This document shows positions 19,939 through 29,572 of a DNA stretch of 56,327 nucleotides, one piece after another. Origin of the DNA: a virus (taxonomy: Duplodnaviria; Caudoviricetes); the IMG/VR virus record IMGVR_UViG_3300030090_002290, positions 1-56,327 of that record, one strand, 5' to 3'. The notes under the pieces are model-generated. The model did not search any database. It worked only from the letters and a program-made list of their open reading frames with translations, and had not been told where the DNA came from. Numbering within the stretch: the first letter of the stretch is position 1; each line of letters begins with the position of its first letter. The translations under genes were made by a program, and so were the position numbers.

Positions 19939-20370
19939 ATGGACATACTACAATCAGGTATGGAAATGAAAGGTCATTTGACCATTGCCTTGAACGGGGA
20001 AGTCGTTCGGGAAGTAGATAACCTTGTCGTTACCGCAGGTAAAGGTTTTGTAGCATCTAGGATGGCAGGGACCAGTGCCAATGTAATGTCACACATGGCA
20101 ATCGGAACCGGCAGTACGGCTGCCGCTGCTGGAGACACTGCACTAGGGAATGAAGCAGCTCGTACCGCATTAACCTCAACTAACGTATCAGGCGCAGTTG
20201 TTACTTATGTTGATACGTTTGCTGCAGGTACTGGCACAGGTGCAATCACTGAAGCTGCAATTTTAAATGCTTCTAGTGGTGGAACCATGCTATGCCGAAC
20301 TGTTTTTTCAGTGGTAAACAAAGGCGCATCAGATTCAATGACCATTACTTGGACAGTAACTGCTAGCTAA
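19939..20370 (+). CDS. Putative tail structural protein
   Basis: NLVVTAG...HMAIGTG...ITEAAILNA...ITWTVT pattern. Confidence 0.65.
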   Translation: MDILQSGMEMKGHLTIALNGEVVREVDNLVVTAGKGFVASRMAGTSANVMSHMAIGTGSTAAAAGDTALGNEAARTALTSTNVSGAVVTYVDTFAAGTGTGAITEAAILNASSGGTMLCRTVFSVVNKGASDSMTITWTVTAS

Positions 20371-20384
20371 TAGGAGGTTAACAA

Positions 20385-20546
20385 ATGGATATCCTTACTA
20401 TAATAAATATAGCGACATTATTAGTTACAGTAGCATCAGCTATTTGTGCTGCGACACCTACACCTAAGGATGACGCTTTTATCGCTAAATATATTTATCC
20501 AGTAATTGAAGCTATTGCGATAAACATCGGTAAAGCTAAACAATAG
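20385..20546 (+). CDS. Small membrane protein (53 aa, TPTPKDD motif)
   Basis: Read manually; RBS AGGAGG; one TM segment. Confidence 0.7.
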   Translation: MDILTIINIATLLVTVASAICAATPTPKDDAFIAKYIYPVIEAIAINIGKAKQ

Positions 20547-20555
20547 GAAAGCTCG

Positions 20556-23243
20556 ATGACTGTAAAATTTACTAACAATGCTAACTCAACTTTAGCGAGT
20601 GGTATTAACTCGTCTGTAACGTCCATGACATTGGCAGACGCTTCCTCGTTTCCATCTCTGTCAGGGGCAAATGATTATTGCTATCTAACTTTGCAAGAGT
20701 CGGGTGGTACTACTCGTGAGATAGTTAAAGCTACAGCACGGTCTAGTAATACTTTTACAATCGTAAGAGGTCAGGACAATACATCAGCGGCTACATGGAG
20801 TAGCGGGATTCTTGTTGAGTTAAGAATAACGTCTGCGTTACTGCAAGATGTAATCGATGGTTTAGGTTCAGGGTCGATGATGGATACCGACATCTTTACA
20901 GGTGACGGGTCCGACACGACCTTTACCCTAAGTCGTCAACCTGACAACGAAAACAATTTGTTGATATTTATCGACGGTGTTTTTCAGGCTCATAATGCCT
21001 ACAGTGTTAGCGGGACTACGTTAACTTTAAGTGCTGCACCTGCAAATGGCCGTGTCATTACAGCCTACCATATGGCTACCACGGTTGGTGGATCTAACTT
21101 AATTAAAGCCACCATGACGGGTGACAACAGTGACACCACTCTTGATGTGGGATCTCAAATTATACATGAGAACAACGTACAAGTTTATTTTGATGGTGTG
21201 TATCAGAGTAAGGGTAACTACTCAGTATCTGGCTCCGTTATCACATTCTCAACTGCACCTCCAACTGGCGTTGCTGTAGAGGCGATTCTTAATACGGCTA
21301 CGAACATAAGTACCGCTGCTCAGGTTTCTGATGCAGATAACGATACCCTGATCCAGGTCGAAGAATCGGCGGACGAAGATACTATTAGAATGGATGTAGC
21401 TGGTACTGAAGTCCTAACACTGACTAATAGTTCTATGACTTTAAAAGGCACTACACCTACTTTAACGATAGGTGATGCTGGAGCAGAAGATACTAAGATT
21501 GTATTTGATGGGAACGCAAAAGATTTTTACGTTGGGTTAGACGATTCAGCCGACAAACTTGTTATTGGAGAAGGTTCGACAGTCGGAACCAACAACATAC
21601 TTACGATCACTGATGACACAGTAACGATTGGCGATGGCGCGGCTGTTGATACATCGATTGTTTTTGATGGCAATGCTCAAGATTACTATATAGGTCTTGA
21701 TGATTCAGCGGATGATCTGGTTATTGGGTTGGGTTCTGCTGTTGGAACTACTCCAGCAATTGTTATAGATGAAAATTTAAACGTGGGGGTAGGCGTAACT
21801 CCTACGGCTCCTTTGCACGTTGACGGTGCTCAAGCCTACGCTTCTTCTGCAACAAACCTTTCTACCACGGTATCTAAAGCTGCTTTCAGAATGCAGGGTT
21901 CAAGTAACGCTTCAACCAGCTTATTTATGGGCGCATTAACTAATGATGCTCAGATGTATGTACAGTCATCAAACGGTGCTGGTGACGCTGCCGACGACAT
22001 AATCTTAAACCCATTTGGCGGAAGCGTTGGCATAGGAGTTGGTAACGCAAGTCCTGACAGAATATTTCATGCTAAAAGATCAGATTCTGGTGGCACTGTA
22101 GCAAAATTCGAAAATAGTGCGGGAACAGTCTATATCGAATTAAATACAAATAATCAAGCCGGTGGAGATGCGGGGTATTTATCTTATGACTCTAATAAAA
22201 AGCTAGGGCTTTGGACGGATGATACACAGCAAGTCACAATAGACACTAACGGCAAGGTCGGTATCGGGATCACTTCGCCGTTGATGAAAGCTCATATTAA
22301 AGGAGCAACGGGGGACGTCCCTTCCAATGATTCAAACCCGCCCGCAAATGGTATTGCAATTTTTGATTCAGGTGGCGGGTACTCGCTGGTCATAGGTACT
22401 GACGATTCAAATACTGGTTCCGCATGGATTCAATCACAGAGCGCAAATGTATCATCATCGGAATATGACCTTTTATTAAATCCCAATGGAGGGCTGGTTG
22501 GCATAGGGACTACGAATGCCTATGACAGATTACATATTTCTAGGACAAGCACGTCGCAAACAGCCGGCATGACTTTAGAAAATTTACAGGCTGGAGGGTA
22601 TGGTACTGGAATAACGTGGGAATCTAAAAGAACAGACTCATCTGCTGTTCAAACAGCGGGTCGGATTTCTGTCCAAGGATATAATTCTTGGAACTCTGAT
22701 GCTACAGCGTCTTCAAAAATGCTGTTTCAACTTCGCCACGGCAATACGCTCTCAGATGTAATAGTACTGCAAAATGGAAATTTAAGATTTGAGCAGTCCG
22801 GTAAAGGAATAGATTTTAGCCAATCGCAGACAAATCATTCTGGTATGACATCTGAGGTTTTGGATTCGTACGAGGAAGGAGATTGGACACCAACTATATC
22901 AGCGGTTAGTGGTACTTCAAATATAAGTTTTACTAATAATCAAGCGAAATACACAAAAATAGGGCGACTCGTTCTTCTCCAAGGGTATTTTACAAATATT
23001 GATATGGCAGATCTAACAAGCGGAAGTTATGTGATTATGGGTGGTTTGCCGTTTACCCCCGCTGACTATGCAGATTTTCACATTGGTTACCATAGAGGTG
23101 GAAATGAATTTACAGGAGGCTATGCCCAAGACGGCGCAGATTACTTGTATTTTGTAAATGCGAGCGGGGTTGAAATAGAGCAAGGAGGCAACCACGCAAT
23201 GACTGCCTTTATGTTGAACGTCACTTACATAACTTCCTCTTAA
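20556..23243 (+). CDS. Tail fibre protein 1
   Basis: N-terminal EIVKATAR...IVRGQDNT attachment domain, DGVFQ/DGVYQ repeats, VGIG fibre repeats, LDSYEEGDWTP and YTKIGRLV C-terminal domain. Confidence 0.8.
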   Translation: MTVKFTNNANSTLASGINSSVTSMTLADASSFPSLSGANDYCYLTLQESGGTTREIVKATARSSNTFTIVRGQDNTSAATWSSGILVELRITSALLQDVIDGLGSGSMMDTDIFTGDGSDTTFTLSRQPDNENNLLIFIDGVFQAHNAYSVSGTTLTLSAAPANGRVITAYHMATTVGGSNLIKATMTGDNSDTTLDVGSQIIHENNVQVYFDGVYQSKGNYSVSGSVITFSTAPPTGVAVEAILNTATNISTAAQVSDADNDTLIQVEESADEDTIRMDVAGTEVLTLTNSSMTLKGTTPTLTIGDAGAEDTKIVFDGNAKDFYVGLDDSADKLVIGEGSTVGTNNILTITDDTVTIGDGAAVDTSIVFDGNAQDYYIGLDDSADDLVIGLGSAVGTTPAIVIDENLNVGVGVTPTAPLHVDGAQAYASSATNLSTTVSKAAFRMQGSSNASTSLFMGALTNDAQMYVQSSNGAGDAADDIILNPFGGSVGIGVGNASPDRIFHAKRSDSGGTVAKFENSAGTVYIELNTNNQAGGDAGYLSYDSNKKLGLWTDDTQQVTIDTNGKVGIGITSPLMKAHIKGATGDVPSNDSNPPANGIAIFDSGGGYSLVIGTDDSNTGSAWIQSQSANVSSSEYDLLLNPNGGLVGIGTTNAYDRLHISRTSTSQTAGMTLENLQAGGYGTGITWESKRTDSSAVQTAGRISVQGYNSWNSDATASSKMLFQLRHGNTLSDVIVLQNGNLRFEQSGKGIDFSQSQTNHSGMTSEVLDSYEEGDWTPTISAVSGTSNISFTNNQAKYTKIGRLVLLQGYFTNIDMADLTSGSYVIMGGLPFTPADYADFHIGYHRGGNEFTGGYAQDGADYLYFVNASGVEIEQGGNHAMTAFMLNVTYITSS

Positions 23244-23265
23244 CCCGGCTCACAAGGAGAAAAAG

Positions 23266-24993
23266 ATGGCACTAACCAAAACCCCATCAGAGTTAACCGC
23301 AGCAGATCTTACGATCACAACTGCGGCACAGCCTAATATTACTTCTTTGGGTACTCTTACGGCTTTGCAAGTTGATAATGTCAACATTAACGGTAATACG
23401 ATTTCCAGTACAGATACGAACGGAAATATAGTTCTAACTGCTAATGGAACAGGAAATGTCAATGTAAATACAGATGTTTTGGCTATACAAGGAACGGAGG
23501 GAGAATCCGCCTCTTTAGCATTACAAGCCGATGAATCTGATGATGCCGGTGATGAGTGGAGAATAACAACTAATACAAACCAAACCCTCAGTATACAAAA
23601 TAACATATCAGGGTCTGGGGTAGACCATATGACTTTTACCCCTCACGCCACGGTAGGTAGTTCAACAGTAAATATGCCAGGTATAGTTTTAATAGGTGCA
23701 GATTCTGGAGATGCTTTTAACGCTGATTCAATGCTCAGATTGCAAAGAACTGGTGATAGAGTTTTTGTTCAAATTAAAACAGATGATGACCAAGATTCAG
23801 GAATTTTATTTGGTACTGCATCTGATGACGTACACCATCAGATATTCCACGATGTGTCAGAAGATATGCTTAAATTCAAGGCTCAATCTGTTGAGACTCT
23901 AGTTCTTGATGCGGGTAGTCATGTAGGTATAAAAACTAGTACGGAAACAGACGGTACTGCAATGACTTTTCCTCTTACTATTAGCGGTGCAAACGATGGT
24001 GGAAATATTCTTGAAGCACACAGAACTGCTAATTCAAAATTTCAATTATATATGTCTAACGCAGGGTTATCTGTTATTGATGTCGGTGGAACTACTCCAA
24101 AACTGTCAATTAGGACAAGTGGCACAGACAGAGTAAATATACATGAGGCAAACGGTTATGTTGGGCTTATAGGTTCAGACGATGTGCGTTTAACTTTAAG
24201 CTCTAATGGCACAGAAGGAGACAATAGCGCAAATTGGGTTCGAGGCAACAGTGCTGGCTGTAGTTTTAATGCGCTTACTAGCGGTAAATTCTATTGGGAG
24301 GTTGGCGGAACCGAAAAAATGCGTCTCGATAATAACGCTTTTCTTTCAATAGGAAATGATGAAGCAGCCACTATGAACAATGCAAGCGGCTATGCGGATA
24401 TATGTGTTGGAAAAGGTGCGAGTGATAATGCTGGAGTAACAATCTATTCAGGAACAAACCACGGAGGTGCTATTGCTTTTGCTGATGGTACTTCTGGAGA
24501 CGCTACTTATAGAGGCTTAATTGAGTACGCCCACGGTTCTGATCAAATGAATTTTAGAACCGCTGCGACAGATAGAATGTCACTTAACTCAGCACGGCTT
24601 CACGTTAATGCTAATGTTTCGTTTTCAGCCACCGCGACTGATGCAAATCGTTATAACGTGTATTGGAACAGTTCAACTGGCGGTTTGATTGTTGTGTCTT
24701 CAGATCAACGGTTAAAAAAAGATTTTGATTATGACCTGTCTGGTATTGAAACAATCAAAAAATTAAAACCTGTTCGATTTACTTGGAAAGAAAGCGAAAA
24801 AAGACAGCTAGGATTTGTTGCTCAAGAAGCTATTACAGCCGATGAACATTTAGCTTGGAATGATACTGAAAATGATCAGTGGGGATTAGACGGCTGGGAA
24901 GGTTATGCTGCAATGCTTACCAAAGCAATTCAAGAACAACAAGCCCTAATAGAAACCCTAGAAGCAAAAGTCAAAGCATTGGAGGAGGCGTAA
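23266..24993 (+). CDS. Tail fibre protein 2 with C-terminal intramolecular chaperone (peptidase S74-like)
   Basis: TAAQPNITSLGTLT repeat; SDQRLKK...LKPVRFTWK...GFVAQE...KAIQEQQ motif. Confidence 0.85.
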   Translation: MALTKTPSELTAADLTITTAAQPNITSLGTLTALQVDNVNINGNTISSTDTNGNIVLTANGTGNVNVNTDVLAIQGTEGESASLALQADESDDAGDEWRITTNTNQTLSIQNNISGSGVDHMTFTPHATVGSSTVNMPGIVLIGADSGDAFNADSMLRLQRTGDRVFVQIKTDDDQDSGILFGTASDDVHHQIFHDVSEDMLKFKAQSVETLVLDAGSHVGIKTSTETDGTAMTFPLTISGANDGGNILEAHRTANSKFQLYMSNAGLSVIDVGGTTPKLSIRTSGTDRVNIHEANGYVGLIGSDDVRLTLSSNGTEGDNSANWVRGNSAGCSFNALTSGKFYWEVGGTEKMRLDNNAFLSIGNDEAATMNNASGYADICVGKGASDNAGVTIYSGTNHGGAIAFADGTSGDATYRGLIEYAHGSDQMNFRTAATDRMSLNSARLHVNANVSFSATATDANRYNVYWNSSTGGLIVVSSDQRLKKDFDYDLSGIETIKKLKPVRFTWKESEKRQLGFVAQEAITADEHLAWNDTENDQWGLDGWEGYAAMLTKAIQEQQALIETLEAKVKALEEA

Positions 24994-26955
24994 ATGTCAA
25001 TAACTAAAATCTCACCTGACTTAGTAGACTTTGATTCGGCTCTTGTTGTTTCGCCCACTCTTACTATTGGCGATGCAACAGCCGAAGACACGAAAATTGT
25101 CTTTGATGGGAATGCCCAGGACTACTACATAGGGTTAGACGATTCAGCGGATGACCTAGTAATTGGGTTAGGAAGCACAGTAGGAACAACGCCAATTATT
25201 TCTATCGATGAAAATAGCGATGTAGCGATCCCTAATGGTGCTATAGCGGTTGGTCAAGCCACCTTTTCAGGTAGTAGCGTTTTAGCTGATTTTCACGGCT
25301 CTGGTAGTGGCGTAGGCGCACAACTTGCGTTCGCTAATGACCACAACACAGATAAGTTTTATGTTGGTATTGAAGGCAATACGACGGGCGATGCTTTTCT
25401 TTATCAACAAGAAGATGCTGATATAAATTTCTATACCAATAATACCTTTAGAGCAAAACTAGATAATTCTGGAAATTTTGGCATAAATGATGCTTCCCCT
25501 TTTGCAAAGTTGCATGTAGAAGATACCAGTTGGAGTAGCGGATCACCTTATGGCGCGGTTGCTTATATACAAGGCGGAGACGTTAACGATTTAAATTGGG
25601 GACACTTATTAGTATCACAATCAGGTACATCAACTGACACAGGCGGAAGAATATCTTTAGGTGCGAATGGTGAAAACCCTATTGCTGGCATCAGAGCTAA
25701 ATATAAAGGTGCTACTTACGGTGACTTAGCATTTTTAACCAGACCGTCTGGCGGCACTAATACTGAGCGTATGGTTATTTCTTCTACTGGAATGGTAACG
25801 ATCACACCAGATTCAGGAGCTACTACCGGCACATTAAGACTCCATAACGGAAATGGAAACGGAACGCTTGGAGCGGTTGAATTCGGATATAGCACTAACG
25901 TAGATCACGGCAGCATTCAATATACGGGTAATATGGATTTCTTTACTGGAGACAGCGACGATTCCAGATTTTTTATTAGTTCGGCGGGACTAGTCGGTAT
26001 TAATACTTCAAACCCAGAACACCATCTTCATGTAACAGAGCCGGGAGACACTAGAGAAGATGGAATTGTTAAAATTGGTGGCAGCACAACCGCTTTGGGT
26101 CTGGAGCTGACATATAACCAAGCAGGGCATACGGTAACAGAAATTGTTGCTAATCCGAGTTATACCAACACGCAATCATTAATGAGGCTTTGCGTTGATA
26201 GAGACGCGAACGCTAATCAACTGTGTCTTCTTGGCGGCGGTTTCAATGGCATGGGAACGGACACGCCGAGAAGCAAATTGGACGTAGTTGTAGATGACGC
26301 GGTTGGCTATGTCATAACTGCTCAGAACGATGGTAATAACCAAAACAGATATGGAATAAAAATTATATGTGGATCTGATGATAGCTCGGGAACTAGCTAT
26401 CTATTAGATTTTTTTGATGGGGATGGTACTAATGTAGGATCTGTGACTAATGCAGGAGGTACGGTTTCTTATGGAGCTTTTACAGCTCATCACCCTTGTG
26501 TAATTCCTGACGAAGATAATAACGAAGAATCAACAGAACCTGCCTATCCCTATGGAACATTGTTAGAAACTACTTCTTTAAGTTATTCAAAGAACAGTGA
26601 TGATTCAGATACCGAAAGGGGAATCATATATAACGTACAAAAATCATCAGGAGCTTATTCAAGAAAAGTATTAGGAGCCTATGGCAATTCTATGAATCAA
26701 GGGCCAGAAGAAGAAACAAATAAACATCAAGCGTTGATATTGGGTGACGGTCATATTCTTTGTAATAACGAAAAAGGAAATATTTCTGTAGGTGATGGAA
26801 TCTGTACATCATCAACGGCTGGTATAGGTATGAAAGCAGACAAAATGGCAATGATTATAGGCATTGCTCAAGAGGACGTAACCTTCTCAGGAAGTGAAAC
26901 AAAGTTAGTGGCTGTTCAATATGGTCTTCAGCAATTCACTCCTTGGGCTGATTAA
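24994..26955 (+). CDS. Tail fibre protein 3
   Basis: Shares the IGDA.AEDTKIVFDGNAQD module with fibre 1; GIN..P..LHV repeats; C-terminal GD.I.TS...G.GMK domain. Confidence 0.8.
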   Translation: MSITKISPDLVDFDSALVVSPTLTIGDATAEDTKIVFDGNAQDYYIGLDDSADDLVIGLGSTVGTTPIISIDENSDVAIPNGAIAVGQATFSGSSVLADFHGSGSGVGAQLAFANDHNTDKFYVGIEGNTTGDAFLYQQEDADINFYTNNTFRAKLDNSGNFGINDASPFAKLHVEDTSWSSGSPYGAVAYIQGGDVNDLNWGHLLVSQSGTSTDTGGRISLGANGENPIAGIRAKYKGATYGDLAFLTRPSGGTNTERMVISSTGMVTITPDSGATTGTLRLHNGNGNGTLGAVEFGYSTNVDHGSIQYTGNMDFFTGDSDDSRFFISSAGLVGINTSNPEHHLHVTEPGDTREDGIVKIGGSTTALGLELTYNQAGHTVTEIVANPSYTNTQSLMRLCVDRDANANQLCLLGGGFNGMGTDTPRSKLDVVVDDAVGYVITAQNDGNNQNRYGIKIICGSDDSSGTSYLLDFFDGDGTNVGSVTNAGGTVSYGAFTAHHPCVIPDEDNNEESTEPAYPYGTLLETTSLSYSKNSDDSDTERGIIYNVQKSSGAYSRKVLGAYGNSMNQGPEEETNKHQALILGDGHILCNNEKGNISVGDGICTSSTAGIGMKADKMAMIIGIAQEDVTFSGSETKLVAVQYGLQQFTPWAD

Positions 26956-26963
26956 TACTTGGA

Positions 26964-27011
26964 GCCAGGTTAATTTGGCCGCAGTTCTGAGTAATGTTAA
27001 CATTAGTGTTT
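26964..27011 (+). repeat. 48-bp direct repeat copy 1 (contains promoter-like TTGGCC-17-TAACAT)
   Basis: 46/48 identical to 27335-27382. Confidence 0.85.
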
Positions 27012-27083
27012 ACCCAACAGATTCTTAGTAATTTCAAACTTATGCCTATTGGACGGTAGGCATGGACACACAAGGAGAAAGCA

Positions 27084-27344
27084 ATGGCTTTAGAAAAATC
27101 AACAAAAGATGACAAGATAGAAATAGTGGATACAGGTGATTGGAAAGTTCTTCAAGTCCGTACAGCGACAATCGTTACTGATGATGGAACTGAACTATCC
27201 AGAACCTTTCATCGCCATGTGGTAGATCCTAATTCGGATTTAACTAATGAATCAGATGAAATTAAAAAACTAGCTGAAATCTATTTTACAGATGACGCAA
27301 AGGCTAAACACAAAGCAGCTATGGAATCACCGGGGCCAGGTTAA
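27084..27344 (+). CDS. Putative tail fibre-associated/assembly protein
   Basis: DKIEIV...QVRTAT...ELSRTFHRHV pattern; follows tail fibres. Confidence 0.65.
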   Translation: MALEKSTKDDKIEIVDTGDWKVLQVRTATIVTDDGTELSRTFHRHVVDPNSDLTNESDEIKKLAEIYFTDDAKAKHKAAMESPGPG

Positions 27345-27382
27345 TTTGGCCGCAGTTCTGAGTAATGTTAATATTAATGTTT
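27335..27382 (+). repeat. 48-bp direct repeat copy 2 (promoter-like TTGGCC-17-TAATAT with extended -10 TG)
   Basis: 46/48 identical to 26964-27011. Confidence 0.85.
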
Positions 27383-27405
27383 CGTAACTAACTAGGAAAG
27401 TTCCC

Positions 27406-27669
27406 ATGGCAGAAGAAAGCATAAATACAGGTTCACCCACTATTACTTTGGATGATACTACATACGAGATAGATGGATTATCTGACAAAAGTAAAGAGTT
27501 ATTAGGGTTATACCAGCAAGCTCAACAAGATATGGTTAAACTTCGTAGAGATACAGTCATAGCAGAGATAGCGGTAAACAGCCTAACTCAAATGGTAGCT
27601 CAGTCTATCAAAGAAGAGAAAGAAGAGGCTCCCGCTGATGAGTCAACTAGTGGCGGATCAGAAGTATAA
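27406..27669 (+). CDS. Hypothetical coiled-coil protein
   Basis: ORF track. Confidence 0.65.
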   Translation: MAEESINTGSPTITLDDTTYEIDGLSDKSKELLGLYQQAQQDMVKLRRDTVIAEIAVNSLTQMVAQSIKEEKEEAPADESTSGGSEV

Positions 27670-27853
27670 CAATACTGATACACGTTTAGCTGCCCATGAA
27701 GCTATGTGTGAGGAAAGATCTAAAACGATTTTTAATCGTTTAGATAAAATTGAGTCTGCTTTAGATACGCTCAACAAAAATATATTTGTAGTAGCGTTAG
27801 CTTTAATAAGCGGTATGGCAGGAATAATTTGGGTACTCTTAACGGGGCAATAG
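27638..27853 (+). CDS. Small coiled-coil plus TM protein (XhlA-like)
   Basis: HEAMCEER...RLDKIE followed by C-terminal TM. Confidence 0.6.
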   Translation: MSQLVADQKYNNTDTRLAAHEAMCEERSKTIFNRLDKIESALDTLNKNIFVVALALISGMAGIIWVLLTGQ

Positions 27854-29572
27854 ATGACATATTTCAAGTTAGAGCGGTTTTCTGGTATTGCCCCCGGAGT
27901 CTCCCCAAGATTACTAGCTGACCAGTTCGGTCAGGTTTCCGAGAATATAGACTTTGAATCGGGGCGTTTAGTCCCAACCAAAGCTAATGCTGATGCCTAT
28001 ACTTTACAGAATACTGCTCGACGTTCTATCTATTACTACCGTGATACTAACTGGTTAGAGTGGTCAGAGGATGGGGTGGACGTTGTTCCTGGCCCTATAG
28101 CTAACGACACTAACGAACGTTTGTATTTTACGGGTGATGATTACCCTCGTGTGGGTACAGTTACTTCTATGATATCTGGCTCATCGGGTTACCCTGTAAA
28201 CACTTATCGACTAGGGGTACCTGCCCCTAGTGCAGCTCCGGGCGTAAGTAAGAGCGGATCCGCAACCGCTACTGAAACTCCTGAAACAAGGTCTTATGTA
28301 TTTACAATAGTGACAGACTTAGGTGAGGAAGGGCCACCTTCTGCAGCCAGTGCAACTATAGATGTGACTAGCTCAGAAACAGTAACCGTTGCTATGCCTA
28401 CTAGTTCAAATCCAAGCGGTAACTACCTGCTTAGTTCAGCTAAGAAACGTATCTATCGCTCTAATACAGGTTCTAACTTTACGGACTTTCAGTTTGTAGC
28501 TGAAGTAAACCTTGCGACTACTTCTTATGCTGACACAATTGCATCTTCTGCACTGGGCGAAGTACTACCTAGTGGTACATGGATAGGTCCACCTGACGAT
28601 GACAGTAGTACTTATCCTGATGGACCTATGTTAGGGCTAACTGCTGTAGGTAATGGTGTAATGGCAGGGTTTTCTGGTAAGCGGTTCTGTTTATCCGAAC
28701 CTTACTTACCCCATGCTTGGCCTATTAACTATCGAATTACTCTTGAAGAAGACATTGTTGACATAGCTTCTACAGGGAACGGGGTTGTTGCTTTAACTAA
28801 CGGCACTCCGTACTTTATTACAGGTACTGATCCAGCAGCTTTAACACCTATTCGAGTAGACCTTGCCCAGGCATGTGTAAACAAAAAGTCTGTTGTAGAC
28901 ATGGGTGAGTATGTTCTATATGCAGCACCAGATGGGCTAGTTGCGGTGTCAGGACCGTCAGGAGAGGTCGTTTCTCGTGGTCTCATTTCAGTTGAGCAGT
29001 GGAATAGTGACTTCCACCCCACTCTCATAAGAGCGTTTAGGCACGAAGGAACGTATGTAGCGTTCTATAACAATAGCGGAACTCTAGGAGGCTGGGTCTA
29101 TGATCCAAGGTCTAGTGAGTCTGCGTTTTCTACACTAACAGTTGCTGCAGAAGTTAGGGGCGGGTACGAAGATCCTAAGAATGGGCAGCTGTACGTTATT
29201 GTAGGTAACAAGATACAAACTTATAGAGCCACTGCTGGTGCTAATAGTACATTAAGGTTTAAAACTAAAAAGTTTCTTACCCCCAAGCCTACCAGCATGG
29301 CTTGGGTTTCTGTCCATGCAGATGCGTACCCAGTTGTTGTTAAAGTCTATGCGGATGGGACACTGATTGCTCATTACACGTTGTCTTTAAGCGGCAGTAC
29401 TTATACACAAGCTACATCAACACCATCTGGTATTAGTAATGCGACTTTACAAGAACCTGTAATGAGACTTCCTGCAACTGTCGGACAAGAGTGGGAGGTT
29501 GAAGTTTCAGGAGCTACGGTAATTAACGAGATTTGTTTAGCTCAAAGCATGGACGAGATTCGTGGCCAGTAA
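27854..29572 (+). CDS. Tail tubular/nozzle-like structural protein
   Basis: RSYVFT.VTDLGEEGPPS and SEPYLPHAWP motifs. Confidence 0.7.
   Translation: MTYFKLERFSGIAPGVSPRLLADQFGQVSENIDFESGRLVPTKANADAYTLQNTARRSIYYYRDTNWLEWSEDGVDVVPGPIANDTNERLYFTGDDYPRVGTVTSMISGSSGYPVNTYRLGVPAPSAAPGVSKSGSATATETPETRSYVFTIVTDLGEEGPPSAASATIDVTSSETVTVAMPTSSNPSGNYLLSSAKKRIYRSNTGSNFTDFQFVAEVNLATTSYADTIASSALGEVLPSGTWIGPPDDDSSTYPDGPMLGLTAVGNGVMAGFSGKRFCLSEPYLPHAWPINYRITLEEDIVDIASTGNGVVALTNGTPYFITGTDPAALTPIRVDLAQACVNKKSVVDMGEYVLYAAPDGLVAVSGPSGEVVSRGLISVEQWNSDFHPTLIRAFRHEGTYVAFYNNSGTLGGWVYDPRSSESAFSTLTVAAEVRGGYEDPKNGQLYVIVGNKIQTYRATAGANSTLRFKTKKFLTPKPTSMAWVSVHADAYPVVVKVYADGTLIAHYTLSLSGSTYTQATSTPSGISNATLQEPVMRLPATVGQEWEVEVSGATVINEICLAQSMDEIRGQ

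Noticed and set aside
20556-27400. Diversity-generating retroelement or invertible tail-fibre cassette
   Set aside because: No reverse transcriptase or invertase, no adenine-specific TR/VR pair seen, and the repeats are direct
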